A DNA stretch of 64,000 bases from Entomortierella parvispora E1425 (lineage: Eukaryota > Fungi > Mortierellomycota). Location: the NCBI GenBank assembly GCA_020891255.1, contig BQFW01000004.1, positions 1 to 64,000 on the forward strand, read 5' to 3'. Positions 7,962 to 23,129 of the stretch are shown here, one piece after another (positions within the stretch are counted from its first letter, which is position 1; each line of letters begins with the position of its first letter). A program made the position numbers and the translations under genes. Under the pieces are notes generated by a model, which worked only from the letters and a program-made list of their open reading frames with translations, was not told the origin of the DNA and did no database searches.

Positions 7962-10900
7962 TTAAACTTGAATGCCGGCGAGGTTCATAAGTCCTCCGGT
8001 CCACTGGCGGGCAACATCAAAGGTGGAAGCAATCCTGATGATTGTCAGAGCCAGCATGACCAGCAAAACGGGCACCCAGAATAAGAAGAGCATCTTGTCT
8101 TTCTTGAGTCGCTTCATCTTTTGGTGATATCGTGCTCGGAGTTCTTGGATATGGCGGTTCTCACCAACAGCTCCAACAGCTCTCTCAGCAACAGCGGCTC
8201 CACCGACAACAGCCCCATTGTTCACAATCTCGGTAATGATCCGGCGTCCTCCGCGAACCACGGATGATTCGCCAACGTCAACAACGGGCCCTGGTTGTTG
8301 AGGCTCGTCGGATCCCATGGGTGGATAGAACCGGCGCACCTTGCTCAGAGGTGAAGTCACAGTCGCACCGCTGGCAGCTCCACCAGGCGCCGTTGTAAGA
8401 GTTAGAGGGCTGTAGGCTGGATCCTGAGCTTGGGTAGGCATGGCGTAGCTGTTGACGGGTTGTTGAAGCACCGATGTTGCCGAGAACGGTTCGTGGTAAA
8501 CACTCAAATACCGGCTTGGGGCCTCTTCCACCACTGGCGCCGTGGAGACGGGTGCAGTCAAATTGTTACTCATGGTCTGGCTGTCGGGTCCATTGTGCAG
8601 GTTCCAAAGCTCATGTGAGATGGCTTGCTCGTCTAGCATGGGCTCGGCCTCATGACCATAGACCTGCTTCTCCGAGACTTGGGATGCAGCGCTCTCATTC
8701 GTCACGCCAGGCTTTCCTGTGAAGTTATATGGCATGTATGTGCCAATGTTGGCGTTAAAGGCCTGGATCGAGGTTGGCATGCTGGGGATGTTCATCAGGA
8801 AGGCGCTCTTTTCGGGTAGAATCTGGTTCAGGGCCTTGAAAAACTCGAAATCGAATGCTGGGGAAGACGATTGGAGCTGTGACAGAGTCTTTTGCAGCCA
8901 ATTGGTAGCCATCTCCGTTGCGGCGGCATCTTTGGAATCCATGCTCAAGGGCGTAGCCATGGGAATCAGACTGGGCGATGAAGGCGCTTGGAGAATGTCA
9001 CCGTTGGTCTTGGAGAGGCTGGGCACTTCTTGATTTGAGCTCTTCTCATCGTCGCCCTTTCCGGATTCGCTGCCGCTCCACAGACTCGACTCGTCCGAAA
9101 CCTCTTCACCAATCCATTCGCCATGATCCAGCCACGGCAGATCCTCAATTTCGGATCCAATAAAGCTCGTCTCCTCATCTACCCCCTCATCTTCCTGCTC
9201 TCCTTCCTCTTCAAGGACATCGCTCTGAGTCGCGTAATGCTCCAGCCAGACATCGCCTTCATCTCCGTCGACATCAATAGCGTTGAGGGCCTCGAGCTCT
9301 TCCTCCACGACAGAACCTTCGTCTGCCTCCATAGCAGACTCATAGCCGTCCACTTCTTGAGCTCCAGCATCGACCCAGGTATTACTTGTCTTCAATGCCT
9401 GAATCAGCTCTGCTGTGATAGCTGGCTCATGGAATGTAGCCAAGTCAGCACACCCAACACCATGAACGCTGCGAAGCATCACATCAGCGCCTTTCTCGAC
9501 CAACAGTTGAGTGCTTCTGATCTGACCACGCCAGCAGGCATAGTGCAGAGCACTATATCCGTTCATGTCCATGGCATCAATCTCGATATCGGGATAAGCA
9601 ACCAGTGCCTCCACCAAACGGTCCAGTCCCTTCATGGCGCCAAAGTGCAAGAGGCGATGTCCAGTATCCCGATTAGCAAGGTTGACGACGCCCTGTCCTG
9701 GAGCAGGAAGTTCTGAAAGGACAGTCAGCAGGGTCAAAATACGATCTTCGAGGCCCGCCTGGAACTGCAGATCTGTCTCTTGATCACCGAACGAAAGGAT
9801 AAGGTCCCTGACAAGCGCAGAGAAATCAGGCATGGACTGATGCTGCTGGCCCTGTTGTTGCTGCTGTTGCTGTTGCTGTTGTTGCTGTCCTTGCTGTCCA
9901 TTGGCGACCTGGCTACCAACAATGCGAAGAGCAATATTACGGGCATCCTCGAGACGTCCAGTCATTTTCAGTCCTACGACCTGAAGCGCCAGCTCCATCA
10001 GAGCTTTATCACTCTCGTCAACATAGGTGAAAAGCATCATCTCCGCCATGTCCCCGCTCTGGGGTAACGTAATTGACGGATGCTCCTTGAATGTCACCAC
10101 AGTAGTTCCGGGTTGGATCCGTGGTGGCAAGATACAGATGAGCGTATTCGGGGACCAGAACTGAGTGGGCAATGCAGGAGTAGAGTCAAACATGGCGGTC
10201 AATCCTGCGTAAAAGTTAGCGCCGAGGACCGTGATTTCGATTCCGCCAAAACAGGGACCAGTGTTAGGAATCAGTCGCGTCATTTTGGGGACAATGAACC
10301 CTGGAGGGATAAGTGACAGTCCTGAGGAAATGCCAAGGATAGCGGGCATGGATGTTGGGGGGAGCATTGTCGGTGACGACGACATAGCACTTGCATGGGA
10401 AGTGGTCGTCAAGGGCGCCTGTGTCGCTGGTGCTGTCAGAGGATTCGCTGCTGTTGGAGGTCGTCGACGTCGGACAGGTCCAACTCCCCCTGAAGTGCTG
10501 GTACGACGGGCAAGAGGAGAAGGTGTGACAGTCGAGTTTGCATGGTTGAATGCATCAGGGAAAAGGGCTTGTTGCTGAAGCTGCTGGAACTGGAGATGCT
10601 GTTGCTGAAGTTGTTGTTGCTGGAGCTGGTGCTGTTGACGCTCCTGCTCCTGTTGCAACTGATGGTGTTGACTCATTGTATCGCTCGGTCCGCTTTGAGG
10701 CGACATTGAAGCAGGGGCGAGAGAGATGGGGATATCAACGAGTTGTTCGGGCACCATCCTGTCGTTATTAGAGGCATAGATATAGCTGTTCATGGTCTGG
10801 AAAGACTGACCATCGAAAGAGGCTGGATATTCGGAGGGCGTCGTTTGACAGGCCTGTGAAACTCTTTCCGAGGGTGTAATAGGTGAGGATGGCGAAGGGA

Positions 10901-12420
10901 CCATGCGAGCATCGTCAGCTTGAGAAAATTGAGAAATGAGATCGACAATGGACATGTTGTTCGGGTCAAAGTTGTTGATATCCATGGAAGTTTGAAGTGG
11001 AGAGGGGGAGGCATTTGAGGAAGCCGAATCCATCTCTGACTCTTCCGATTCCTCCTCATCATCCTCGTCATCCTGTCCTGTGCCCATATCCACTTCGCTT
11101 TCAACCTCGTCTCCTGGTGTTGTGGGTGAACTAGGCGGCGTGAGGGTCATGACCTTTGAGGCATCGGTTGGTTTACGGACTTGGTTCTTTTGTGGAGTGC
11201 TATCTTCAGGCTTTTTGACTTTGGATGCCTTGTGGTCGTCCGTGATCATGATGGGCGGGGAGATACCGACGGCGACAATGTTGTGGGTGTAGTCGCGAAG
11301 AGTAAATTGGATGCAGAATCCTTGCTTTTCTCCGTGGTGTCGACAATAGCAAGTGATGCGTGTGGGCAGAATCAACTCTCCGGTATTGAATTCTGCGATT
11401 TCGGTGCAATTGAAGAGGAGGATCTTGCGCTGTTCCAATGCCATCTGCTCTGGGTCGTCGTCCTCGAGCTGTGGGATCGGGGTTTGGGCAGGTTGACCAT
11501 TCTTCTTTTTGCCTAGGCTCTTTTTGCGCTGGGCACGTTTTCGCTCACGAAGGACACATCCTGTGCAGGTCTGGATGACTTTGGACCGGTCGCTCTGGCA
11601 CACAACCGAGGCCTCGAGGTTGAGACAAGTGCCGTTGTTGAGGGCCTGGTGAACATCTTGGCCTATTCCGGAGAAGGTGAAGAATGTTAGCCATATGATA
11701 CACACAAATGCACGCATGGATGCATGCAACCGGCGGACACACGACTGTTGCGATCGAAAGGGTTCAAAAAAATAATAAAAAAATAAAACGTGGTGCGAAA
11801 AATTGTTTGTTGGGTGATCGGGGCCAAAAATTGGGGGTGCGAAAGACTTTAGTTCAAGAGAGGCAGAGCGGAGTGCGGCAGGAGAATGAAAGTTTGCTCG
11901 AAAGAAGGGCGATATGGAGCAGAGGTCGCAAGCAACATGTGGCAAAGCATATCTCTGTCTGTCTCTAGTTTCGTTGGGCTGGGAAAAGACTGGTTTGGGG
12001 TGCAGTGGGAGGCATGCATACGGAGGGGACAGCAACCTACCGAGATTCTTGGCATTGATACGCTTGTTCTTCTCTTTGGCCACCATGTACTCGGGCAGTT
12101 TGATGTGGGTCCAAGCACCAATGCGCTCATTCTGTGGGTTCAGAAGCTGGATTCCGAGCTTGATCTGTGTCTCAACTCTGGACTTTGCACCCTGCGCAGG
12201 GATGCCTGTGATGTTGACTCGAAGGCTAGAAGCAGAAACGAAATCAGGTCGGAATAGACCGAGAGAGGAGGAAATGTGAGCCGCCTGGTTCCTCTTTTTT
12301 TTTTTTTTTTTTTTTCCCATGTTCAGACAGAGGTTCAAAAAGGGTTCAAAAGACTGCGGTTCGATAGGGAAAGGACAGGGAAGGGTGAGGAGGGGAAATG
12401 TACCCGTTCTGTGACATCAT
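7962..12420 (-). CDS. MGA2: Spt23/Mga2-like ER-membrane-bound transcription factor (IPT/TIG domain, ankyrin repeats, C-terminal TM)
   Basis: LPTRITCYCRHHGEKQGF in the N-terminal conserved domain; IPT domain PKMTRLIPNTGPCFGGIEITVLGANF; ankyrins TGHRLLHFGAMKG and NGYSALHYACWRG; TM KDKMLFLFWVPVLLVMLAL. Predicted exons: 12420-12404 (MMSQNG), 12225-12041, 11662-7962. Confidence 0.92.
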
Positions 12421-12639
12421 TCAGACCAGTAGACAGAACTGGAGACAAGTGAAGAGCGACGAGTCGAGATACACAATGAGAGGGCGGGTCGGTGCGCTGG
12501 AGGGAAAAGCCTCGTCAATTTCTATGGGGCGGTAGAAGCCGAGCGAGGGGGTGGAGGTGGGGTGTTGAATAAAGGAGGAGGGAATGGAGGGAGGGGGGCG
12601 GTGTGGAGTGCCTTTAATGAGTCTGAATGCGGTGGTGAA

Positions 12640-13125
12640 TGGATGGATGGATGGATGCCGAAGGGAAGAAAAGGTGGAGAAAGAAGAGAAGAGTGGAGTG
12701 GAGGCAGGCATGCACTTTTGGGAAGAAACAAGAAAGAGAGACGGAGACTGCAGCCAGGGTCAGCATAAACACACGCAGAGAGAGAGCACGAGAGACAGAC
12801 ACCACCCCACAACACACACACACACACGCAGAACAGAACACACCACCACACCACTCACAACAACCAACCCCGCCCAGCCCAACAATTTTGATCGCACCAG
12901 ACTCATGTGAAAGTGCGAGGGTGGGGCAAACACTGATCGAAGTTATCGAACGAACGAACGAACGAACGAATGGATCACATGACCTGCATCGTCCGGTCAT
13001 GTGACTTTATCGAATCGTGACTTTCGTGAGTCGTGACGCTGCGTGGAGCTGCGTGCACCCAACGAGCAACGACGGTTGGGGGTGTCCTGTCCTGTCTGTC
13101 TGTCTGTCTGTCTCTGGTCTGGTCT
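12640..13125. repeat. Cluster of short microsatellites in the MGA2/ARP3 divergent intergenic region
   Basis: (GATG)n near 12640, (AC)n near 12812, (GAAC)n near 12949, (CTGT)n near 13092, (TCTGG)n near 13112. Confidence 0.8.
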
Positions 13126-13318
13126 GGCACGGCACATCTGCGACAGCCATCCTCCTTCAGCCATCATTCATCCATCTCGCCATTCGAAAGACCCTTGTTC
13201 CTGCTCCTTTCTTTTTTTCTCTTCCTTTCCTCCCTCTCTCTGTTCGCATCTCGTCATTCTCTCTTCCCGTCATCCCTAGCTCTCTCCCCAGTCCCATCTC
13301 CACCTCACATCCTCCGTC

Positions 13319-15435
<2,117 letters not shown>

Positions 15436-15610
15436 ATGTCTGATATGAGCAGTGAGAGATGAAAAGAGCCGCCCGTAGCAGGCTCTACACTACGTTAACC
15501 CAATAAACAACACCAATATACAACAAAAACTACGATTTGAGGTGCGATTTGAAGCTATGAAGGGGAAAAGGAACAAAATTGACAGTGATTTATTGAACTA
15601 TCTGCGATTC

Positions 15611-18600
15611 CTAGTTGTCGGCGTCCTTGTTACCTCCGTTGGAATGAGCAGGAGCGACAGCACCGGAGCTCATAACTTCATCATCTTCTCGGACTTCGCC
15701 TTCTTCCATCTCAGTATCCTCGTCTTCCACAGGAGCCACTGAGACAACAGAGGTCGCAGGCTCAGAAGGAGCGGGGGCCTGAACAGGAGCTGGCTGCTTA
15801 GGATCTGAGGATTCTGAGGCGCGACGGCCAACTGTGGGAGAAGATGCACGCTCTGGGGCAGGATTGACGGCAGATGATGGGCTCTCCTGATCTTCAGCAT
15901 TGGCTTCTGGCTCGGCCGAGGGCCCGCGGGGGGCAGGCTTCTCATCTACGACCATGGAGGTCGATGGAAGGTCCTGCTCCGCTACCTTTGGCGAGGGAGC
16001 ATTGGGTGGTGTCAAAACAGCTGGGGTCTCAGATGGTGGGCTAGGTTCTCTTTCGTCTCTTGGCGGTTGGCTAGACTGTCGTGGAGGCTGGCCTTGCGTT
16101 TCATGGTGAGGACGCTCCTGATGGTCGGCAGGATAGCGGTCGTCTGCCTGAGGACGATGCTGCTGATTGTGGTGAGGTGGCTGCTCAGACTCTCGCATGG
16201 ATGTATGTGAACTCTGAGGCGCAGCAGGTGCGGGTCCGGCCTCCTCCATGTCATAATCATCATCCTCTGCACGATGGCTGCTGATAGGAGGCCGCTCAGG
16301 TCCCTTTCCACTAAGCGACACCAAAGACGCAGCAATGTCTTGATCCTGATCCTCAGTCCTGAACTTTGAACCAGAGTGAGATTCTTGTGCCGACCAAGCT
16401 CGCTCTTGCTCAGACGGTACATCCCCCTCATACCCTCGGCGGTGTTGGTCTGGATTGTGATCATGAGCCATTCTTTCGCCACCCCGCTCGGGGTCCTTAC
16501 GGTCCGGGCTCACGCCAGAGAGTGGAGGGCTACGGTTCTGGGCGCCATGAGAGTCATTTCTATCCTGCTCTGGATAGGGCCGTTGCTGCATATGTCGATG
16601 TTGCTGATCCATCTCTGATGGCTGACGGATTTGACTGGTGGGCCCACCGCGATCGGGTCCAGAGGGAGGACCGCTCATCCTGGCCTGCTCATCTGAGGGA
16701 TGACGTCCATGGTGGGGTGGCATCCATCTGGGGTCGGACTGGTGCTGCTGCTGAGATGGATGTTGTCCCTGAGGGTGGTTGGGTGTGGCCATTGGTGGCC
16801 GTCTGTCATCTCTTGGAGGCGATGCAGCGTGGGCGTGAGGATCAGACGGATGTCCCTGGCGACTAAAACCAGGAGGGGCATTGGGATCTTCCTCCATTGG
16901 TGCCATCCGAGAGAGGTCGCTTGATCGGTGGCGATGATGTTGATACACTGGAGCACCGTGCTGATGCTGTTCTTGCTTCATGCGCGCATCCTCGTGTCGG
17001 TCATAGCCTTGAGGTTGTCCTTCAGACATCATGTTGTAGAGCCCTGGTGGAGGAGGCCCTTGAGAGTAGGAGGGGTGGGGAGGCCCTTGGTAATGAGGGT
17101 CATGCCCATGTGGACCGCCTGCATGCATTCCTGGGGATCCAGATCTACCATAAGGACCCTCTGGTCCAGGAGATGGTGGTCTCGCTCGAGGCCCACCTCG
17201 ACCTTGCACATGTCCTGAGGGGGGTTGAGGGGGTTGGCTGTGCATACGCTCGTTCGACATCATCTGAGGCATGGCACCAGCAGGAGTGGGTGGTCGAGGT
17301 CCACCAGTGTTGATACCTGGGATATGGGGCTGTCTCTCCTCATGTGGATAAGATCCTGGGGATCCAGACGTGGGTCCTGCATTTGCGTGTCCATTGTTTC
17401 CACCATTTCCATTTCCGGGGAGGGGCAGGTCTCGTCCAGGTTGTTGGTGGTCGCCATTGGCGGCGGCGCTCTAGAAGGAAACAATGAATGCAATAAACGT
17501 ATTAGATCAAAGTCAAGCGATTCGCAGGTGTTTGCACATGACCTTCATAGCAGTCAAGTCTAATTCCGTACCAATGGTGCCGGGGGTCCTTGCTGACGTC
17601 CAGTGTATCCCTGCATTCCTGTGGGAGGACCCTGAGGAGCAACTGTGATTCTCTGTGAGTCAAACAAAGAGAAGAAAAAAGAGAGAAAAGACGTTAATAA
17701 TTCATTTCCCTCATTTGAAATTTGACGCGTGATAAAACAACTTTTTTTTCATCCTCACCTGTCCGAAAGGATTTTGTCCAGTGGCTCCGCCAGAGAGTGG
17801 GTAGGCATTGGGGTTCATCTCCTCGGGGGGAGGGATGCCTCCAGGCGCTCCATTGTTCTGTCGCAGGTAGGCGAGACGTTGCTTGATATGAGGGTTCTCA
17901 GGGTCGAGATCGGAGGCGCGCTGGTACGCATCAATGGCGTCGCTCACTTGATTGTTGCAGGACTCGTACAAAGTTCCAAGGTCATACCAGACTTCACTGA
18001 TGTTGGGGTTTATCCTAATGGCTTTGCTATACGCGTCAAGTGCGTCCCGGTATTGGTTGATTTGGAAGTACAGCAGTCCAATAGAGCACCAAAAAGTTGG
18101 GTTTCTACTGTCACGGTAGACAGCCTGCTGGTATGCCTCATAGGCCTTGTTGAACTTTTGTTGCGCCATGTAGCAACGGCCCATAAGATACCATGACTGG
18201 GCATCAGTGTTGTCACTTTCGATCGAACGAGTCAAGAATTTGATGGCGAGATCCTGGTTCATGAAAGAGGCGTTTTGTTGGTGGTAAAGCCACCCGAGCT
18301 GCTGAAGAACTTTGGCATGATTGGGATTGTCAGTCAACACGCGCTCATATGCTTCCTTGGCGCTAGTATACTAGTGTTTATCAATGCAAGTGCCAGGATA
18401 TTAAAGGGCTGTAAATGAACCTCACAACTGTTTTTCAACACTAAAAGTGTCTTCGTACCTCCTTCTGCTGCTCATGGACGTGACCAATTTGGAACCAGAT
18501 GTCAGCCTCCGTGAGGGGACGTGGGGGAGCGTGAAGGATATAACGAAAGCACTGATTAAATGGAGAAAGTTAGCCCCGTAGTTAGAAGGATGTCCAATAG

Positions 18601-19506
18601 ATACGCATAGCATTGCCAGCACGAATCATACCTCCAGACTCTGAACATATTTCTGTTGTCCTTTGTAAATGATTCCGAGTCGAAAGTAGATTTCATTGGC
18701 CTTTTCGTACTTTGGATCCATTCTCATGACGGCCGAGAACGCTTCCTCTGCATGTTCCACAGATCCGTACCGATCGTACAAAATTCCGATACCGTACCAC
18801 AGCTTGGAGTCCTATTATAGAATTAAAAGATGAGTGAGAATAATGTCCGATGCATGAACGTACCACAGTATGGTCCAATGTTGAGTGTCCTCGCAGGCAT
18901 TGAACTCATCTCCATGAGTCCAAGAAAGCAGCATTGCAAGCAATATGATTGATCTCCATCCTGTCGCCACGCACCTTTGGATTAGGTAGATGATGAAGCG
19001 CGTTCTGGTACGCGTTGTAGGCTTTCTGAAGCTCATCCATCATCAGATAGCAGTGACCGAGAGAGCCCCAGACCTCGCCACTGGCATTGTCTATAGCGAG
19101 AATCCTCTGAAAATACTCTGCGGCCTACACAAGGAAGGAAGGAAACAACTTTTAAATCATTTGCTCTGTGCTTGCAATGATCACAGAGCGAGGCGGTGTC
19201 ACCTACCTTTGGGAAGTTTTCGCGCGAACGGTACAACTCTGCAATCAAGTTCAACGCGCTGACAGAGTAGTGATTGTGACGGAGCGCAGACTCGTAAGAG
19301 GCCATGGCCCGGTCGAATTCGCCCATGGATTCGGCCAAGGATCCGAGCTGGAGCCAGACCTGCTCATCAATGGCGTCCAGGCGCTGTGCTGGCGAGGTGA
19401 CAACAGGCGCGGGACCACCACCCGCAGGGACAGGTCCGGGGCCGGAGCCGGGACCTGGTCCAACATTAGGGCCTGGAACTGGGCCTGGGCCATTGTTGAC
19501 AGCCAT
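15611..19506 (-). CDS. CYC8: General transcriptional co-repressor Cyc8/Ssn6 (TPR array plus long P/Q/H-rich tail)
   Basis: TPRs: VWLQLGSLAESMGEFDRAMASYESALRHN, HAKVLQQLGWLYHQQ, AQSWYLMGRCYMAQQKFNKAYEAYQQAVYRD, PTFWCSIGLLYFQINQYRDALDAY, EVWYDLGTLYESCNNQ. Multi-exon. Confidence 0.95.
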
Positions 19507-20544
19507 GGAGGGATTGATTGAAATGGATCTGACGATGGATAGGGTGATTTGGCAAACAAGAGATTGTTGTGAGGAGATTAATTAGAGTTGCCACGATGAT
19601 TCCATGCAGGTGATTGAATTGAATTTGAGCAGGTGGAGAGTCGGCTTACTGATGAGGGAGTGATTCTCGGGGGGGCGGGGGAGGAGAAGCAGTGGATCAG
19701 GATTAGTCGGAGCGGCTTGAGGGGAATACAAGGAGAGGTAACGAAGAGGAGGAGGAAGAGCAAGAAGAGGAGAAGAGAGAAAGAAGAAAACAACAAGATG
19801 ATGATGATTATGATGATGACACTCCCTTTTTTCTGACTGGCTGTGTTGTGCGCCCTGTCCCCTTTGTCTGCGCTCGTTTGACATACCCCGGGCATGGGCC
19901 ACGGGTCCGCAATAGAACCCAGCTCGTGCCCCCTCCCCACCTCGCAGCACAGTCTCTGGTCTGCCGTGTCTCTTCTTTGCTCTTCCTCCAGTCCACACGG
20001 TCCTCATCATCCTCATCATCTCCCATCCCGAGAGTAGTTGAATTGAGCCAGCGCAAACAGACAGACAAACAGACCGCACAGACCAGGGACAAGCGCACCC
20101 CTGATTGGCTGTCTGCCCATGCTGTCATGGATGCAGAGATCGGCTCTCACAGCCCTTGCGATCTTGTTTTCTCCCGTGATGTCATAAGGGTGCAAAAAAA
20201 ATGGGCGGAAGGAGGGTCGAGGATCGATCGGTCAGTCTGGAAGAGAGGTGCACGGCGTGGGTAAATTCATATTGGTACATGTATGTTCCAAGATTGGTGC
20301 TCTGATGTGTCACCACCGCGACTGACGACCCCGGGATGATTGGTGTGGTTGTCGTCCACTGCTCTCCTTCTCCTTGCCCCTTTCTCTCTCTGCCACCATA
20401 CCCTTTCGCCGCTGCCTCCATCCTCCCTGCCCCTGCCCCTGCCCTACCCCGCCTTGGGTTCATCCTGCCTGCCTCCGACCCTCCCTTGTTTCGTCGCCAC
20501 GTCCTCCTCCATCCTTGCTACTCTCCTGGAGACTCACATAGAGA

Positions 20545-21444
20545 ATGCAAAAGCCCCTTCTGGTGATACTGGTCATCGTCTTCTCAGCAGTTGTCTTTGC
20601 TCTGGCTTTCCTCTACTTCTATCGCATCCACAAACAACTCAAGATCCGCTACCTCAAACCAGTCGTTCCTCCTCCTGGAACCACACCTGCAAGTCTCGAG
20701 CAGCACCAGGAGCTTGCCTTCGTCCTCACCCATGGCGTTGAGGCCTACAATGATCTCAGGCGCGAACGACAAAGACGTGAGAGAGCTGAAACCCAAGCCC
20801 AGATCACAACTGAGGCACCAACGGCGGCAAACACCAGGAGGCGTGCCGACTCGTCCAGTCTGCACAGTTCGTCCTCTGCTGGCGAAGCATCAATCGAGGC
20901 TCTCCCTGCATACTCGAGCGAACCTGCTGACGGAGACGTAGGTTATGGTTGGAGAGCGGCTGGGCTCGGTCTTGAGCAAGCCGGGCTGTTTTATGTCCCC
21001 ACTCTCACTGGAAACCCGTCAAGCACCACATCCAACGCCCACATTTCAGACCCACTTGTTCACCCTGGTTCAACGACATTCCACTTACCACCTGTATACC
21101 GCTATCGCCCACCTAGTCGGTCTTCTTCTATGCAGTCTGCGTTGGTCAGCACCGACAATTCACCCTCGGTCGTCCTTCCTCGGAGTCGACGGAGGAGCAG
21201 TCAACAACGCGCTGTCCGCACAGAAGAGCAGCCATCTTCAATTCAAACAGAGACAGCCACGCCCATCACTGCGCCCTTGCCACCATCTCCTCCACCATCA
21301 CCCTTAGCAACTGGCCACCCTGCTGACACAACACTTCCGAGCACTTTTGTGAGTTTAGACAACGATGATTCTACGGCGTCCGGGACAGGTGCAGTGACAG
21401 AAGAACCAGAGCACGACTTACCATCTCCAGCAGTAGCCATTTAG
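20545..21444 (+). CDS. Hypothetical single-pass (signal-anchor) membrane protein with S/P/T-rich tail, intronless
   Basis: 299-aa ORF with ATG start. Hydrophobic LLVILVIVFSAVVFALAFLYFY is followed by basic residues, then a low-complexity tail containing LPAY and PPVY. Confidence 0.75.
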   Translation: MQKPLLVILVIVFSAVVFALAFLYFYRIHKQLKIRYLKPVVPPPGTTPASLEQHQELAFVLTHGVEAYNDLRRERQRRERAETQAQITTEAPTAANTRRRADSSSLHSSSSAGEASIEALPAYSSEPADGDVGYGWRAAGLGLEQAGLFYVPTLTGNPSSTTSNAHISDPLVHPGSTTFHLPPVYRYRPPSRSSSMQSALVSTDNSPSVVLPRSRRRSSQQRAVRTEEQPSSIQTETATPITAPLPPSPPPSPLATGHPADTTLPSTFVSLDNDDSTASGTGAVTEEPEHDLPSPAVAI

Positions 21445-21525
21445 ACGTTTTTGTACAATATAATACCGTCATTTTTTTTTTGTCCAGCTTCACTTTATTT
21501 TTGCTGCACTTGGCTCCGGCCATGT

Positions 21526-23129
21526 TTATGGGGACCTCCAGAGCTCAAAGAGCTTGAGGACTTTAGAACCAGCCTCCGCAACCGCATCGTCGTCATCATT
21601 ACCATCATTGTCGTTATCAGAGTGATGTTTTGACTCCAACAACTTGACCGCCTCAGCCATGGCCATGCCTGCCAGGATGGCTTTTATCTCGCCATGAGAA
21701 ACCTTCTTGCCTTGGCGGATTTTCTTGGCCTGGTATGCCTTCATGGCTTCGTAGGCAGCTAACACATCAATGCAAACCATACGGAATTGGACGGTTAGTA
21801 AACGATTCATTTGCAGCCAGCTACTTGATTTCTTGTCAATGGGAGACAGAGTGCCCTACCTGCTGCGGCCAAAGCCTGGTGCCGTTTAAGAGTGGATTTC
21901 TGGGTGCCTTTGTGATCTACGACCAAGGAAGATCCAAGGACCGACGCGTCTATTTTAGGAGTCCGCCTTCCTAGATGAATGTGATGACGGTGGGTCTGAG
22001 ACTGGGACTGGGGCTCGGGCTCAGCTGGAAGAGCAGGAACAAGTCCGTTTTGTTCTCGAAGACTCTCCCTTTGATCCGCTTTGTGCTTTGGAACATCGAC
22101 CTTTTCCCAATCATCTTCACCAAGGGTGTCCTTGGTCTCGCTGTTGCCGTGTCGGCGATGTCCCCACCAAAGGCCAAACATAGATCGGCCCCAAGAATCT
22201 TCGCTCTCGCTTGCTTGGGCACGACTGCCAAGAACTAAACTCACCGAGCTTGTCGAGTCATTGCCTTGGCCATATAAGAGTCGGTGGGCAGCCCTCATCT
22301 CTTCAGGGTCGATCCTTGGCGATAAATCAGCGCTATGCCTACGCCCATGAAGACGGTCTTTTAGGTTGGACAACATGCGATGGTGACGATGATGGTGCTC
22401 CTGTACAATGTCCGTTGATGCATTCGCTAGGGACTCGGCCTCTTGCTGTTCTTGAAGTGCAATCTCGTTGTCGTGCTCGAATTTTTGCTGACAAAGGCGA
22501 GACATTCGTTTGAAGTAGGCTCGCCGCTGCTGTTGTTGGTCCTCTGTGCCTTGATTGCCAAGGTGGTTCAAAGCAGCTTCTGTGGGGACATCAATTGAAA
22601 CCGACTCTTCTTGCTGCAATATATAATGGTGATAGCGGCTCGTCAGCTTTGATGTCAACTTTTCCCAGAAATGCACATCGTCTTCATCCTGTGGTGAAAT
22701 GGACAGGTCGACCGTGCGCACCATCCACCGTTCATCTTTTGGGGGGACTAGATAAAGGACAAGATGAAAATAGCTCGTCGATCAGCAAAAAAAGAAGAAA
22801 AAAAAAGAGAAGAAAAGAGAGGACATCCATCTAATCCTCTCTACCTGGAGGGGGAACCGGTTCTCGCAAATGGAGAGCCTCTTCAAGAGAATGCCACAGC
22901 TGCTGGACATAGTTGTCTTCATGTTCTAGAGGCGCGCTCGAGGGGTTGATTGCTGCTGGTTGGGCAACGGCGACGACCATTGTTGCCTTGATATATTGGA
23001 TGGAGGTAGTGTTGTTGTGGTGATTGGGGATGAGGCAAGGTGTTGAACAAGGAACTGAACAGGAACTTTCTTTTCCACCTGCTCTCGATCTTTATATACC
23101 TCATATACCTCCTGCGCATCAAGGGCCAT
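21526..23129 (-). CDS. CipC/DUF3759-like protein with a long central insertion (internal exon structure uncertain)
   Basis: Last exon AAYEAMKAYQAKKIRQGKKVSHGEIKAILAGMAMAEAVKLLESK resembles the DUF3759 core (family recognised from memory). Putative first exon MALDAQEVYEVY; a 305-aa central ORF lies at 21807-22724. Confidence 0.65.

Noticed and set aside
12262-12338. ORF-track start MNLCLNMGKKKKKKK for Spt23/Mga2
   Set aside because: The poly-K comes from an intronic A-run. A GT-AG intron (12403-12226) links to an upstream MMSQNG micro-exon in frame.
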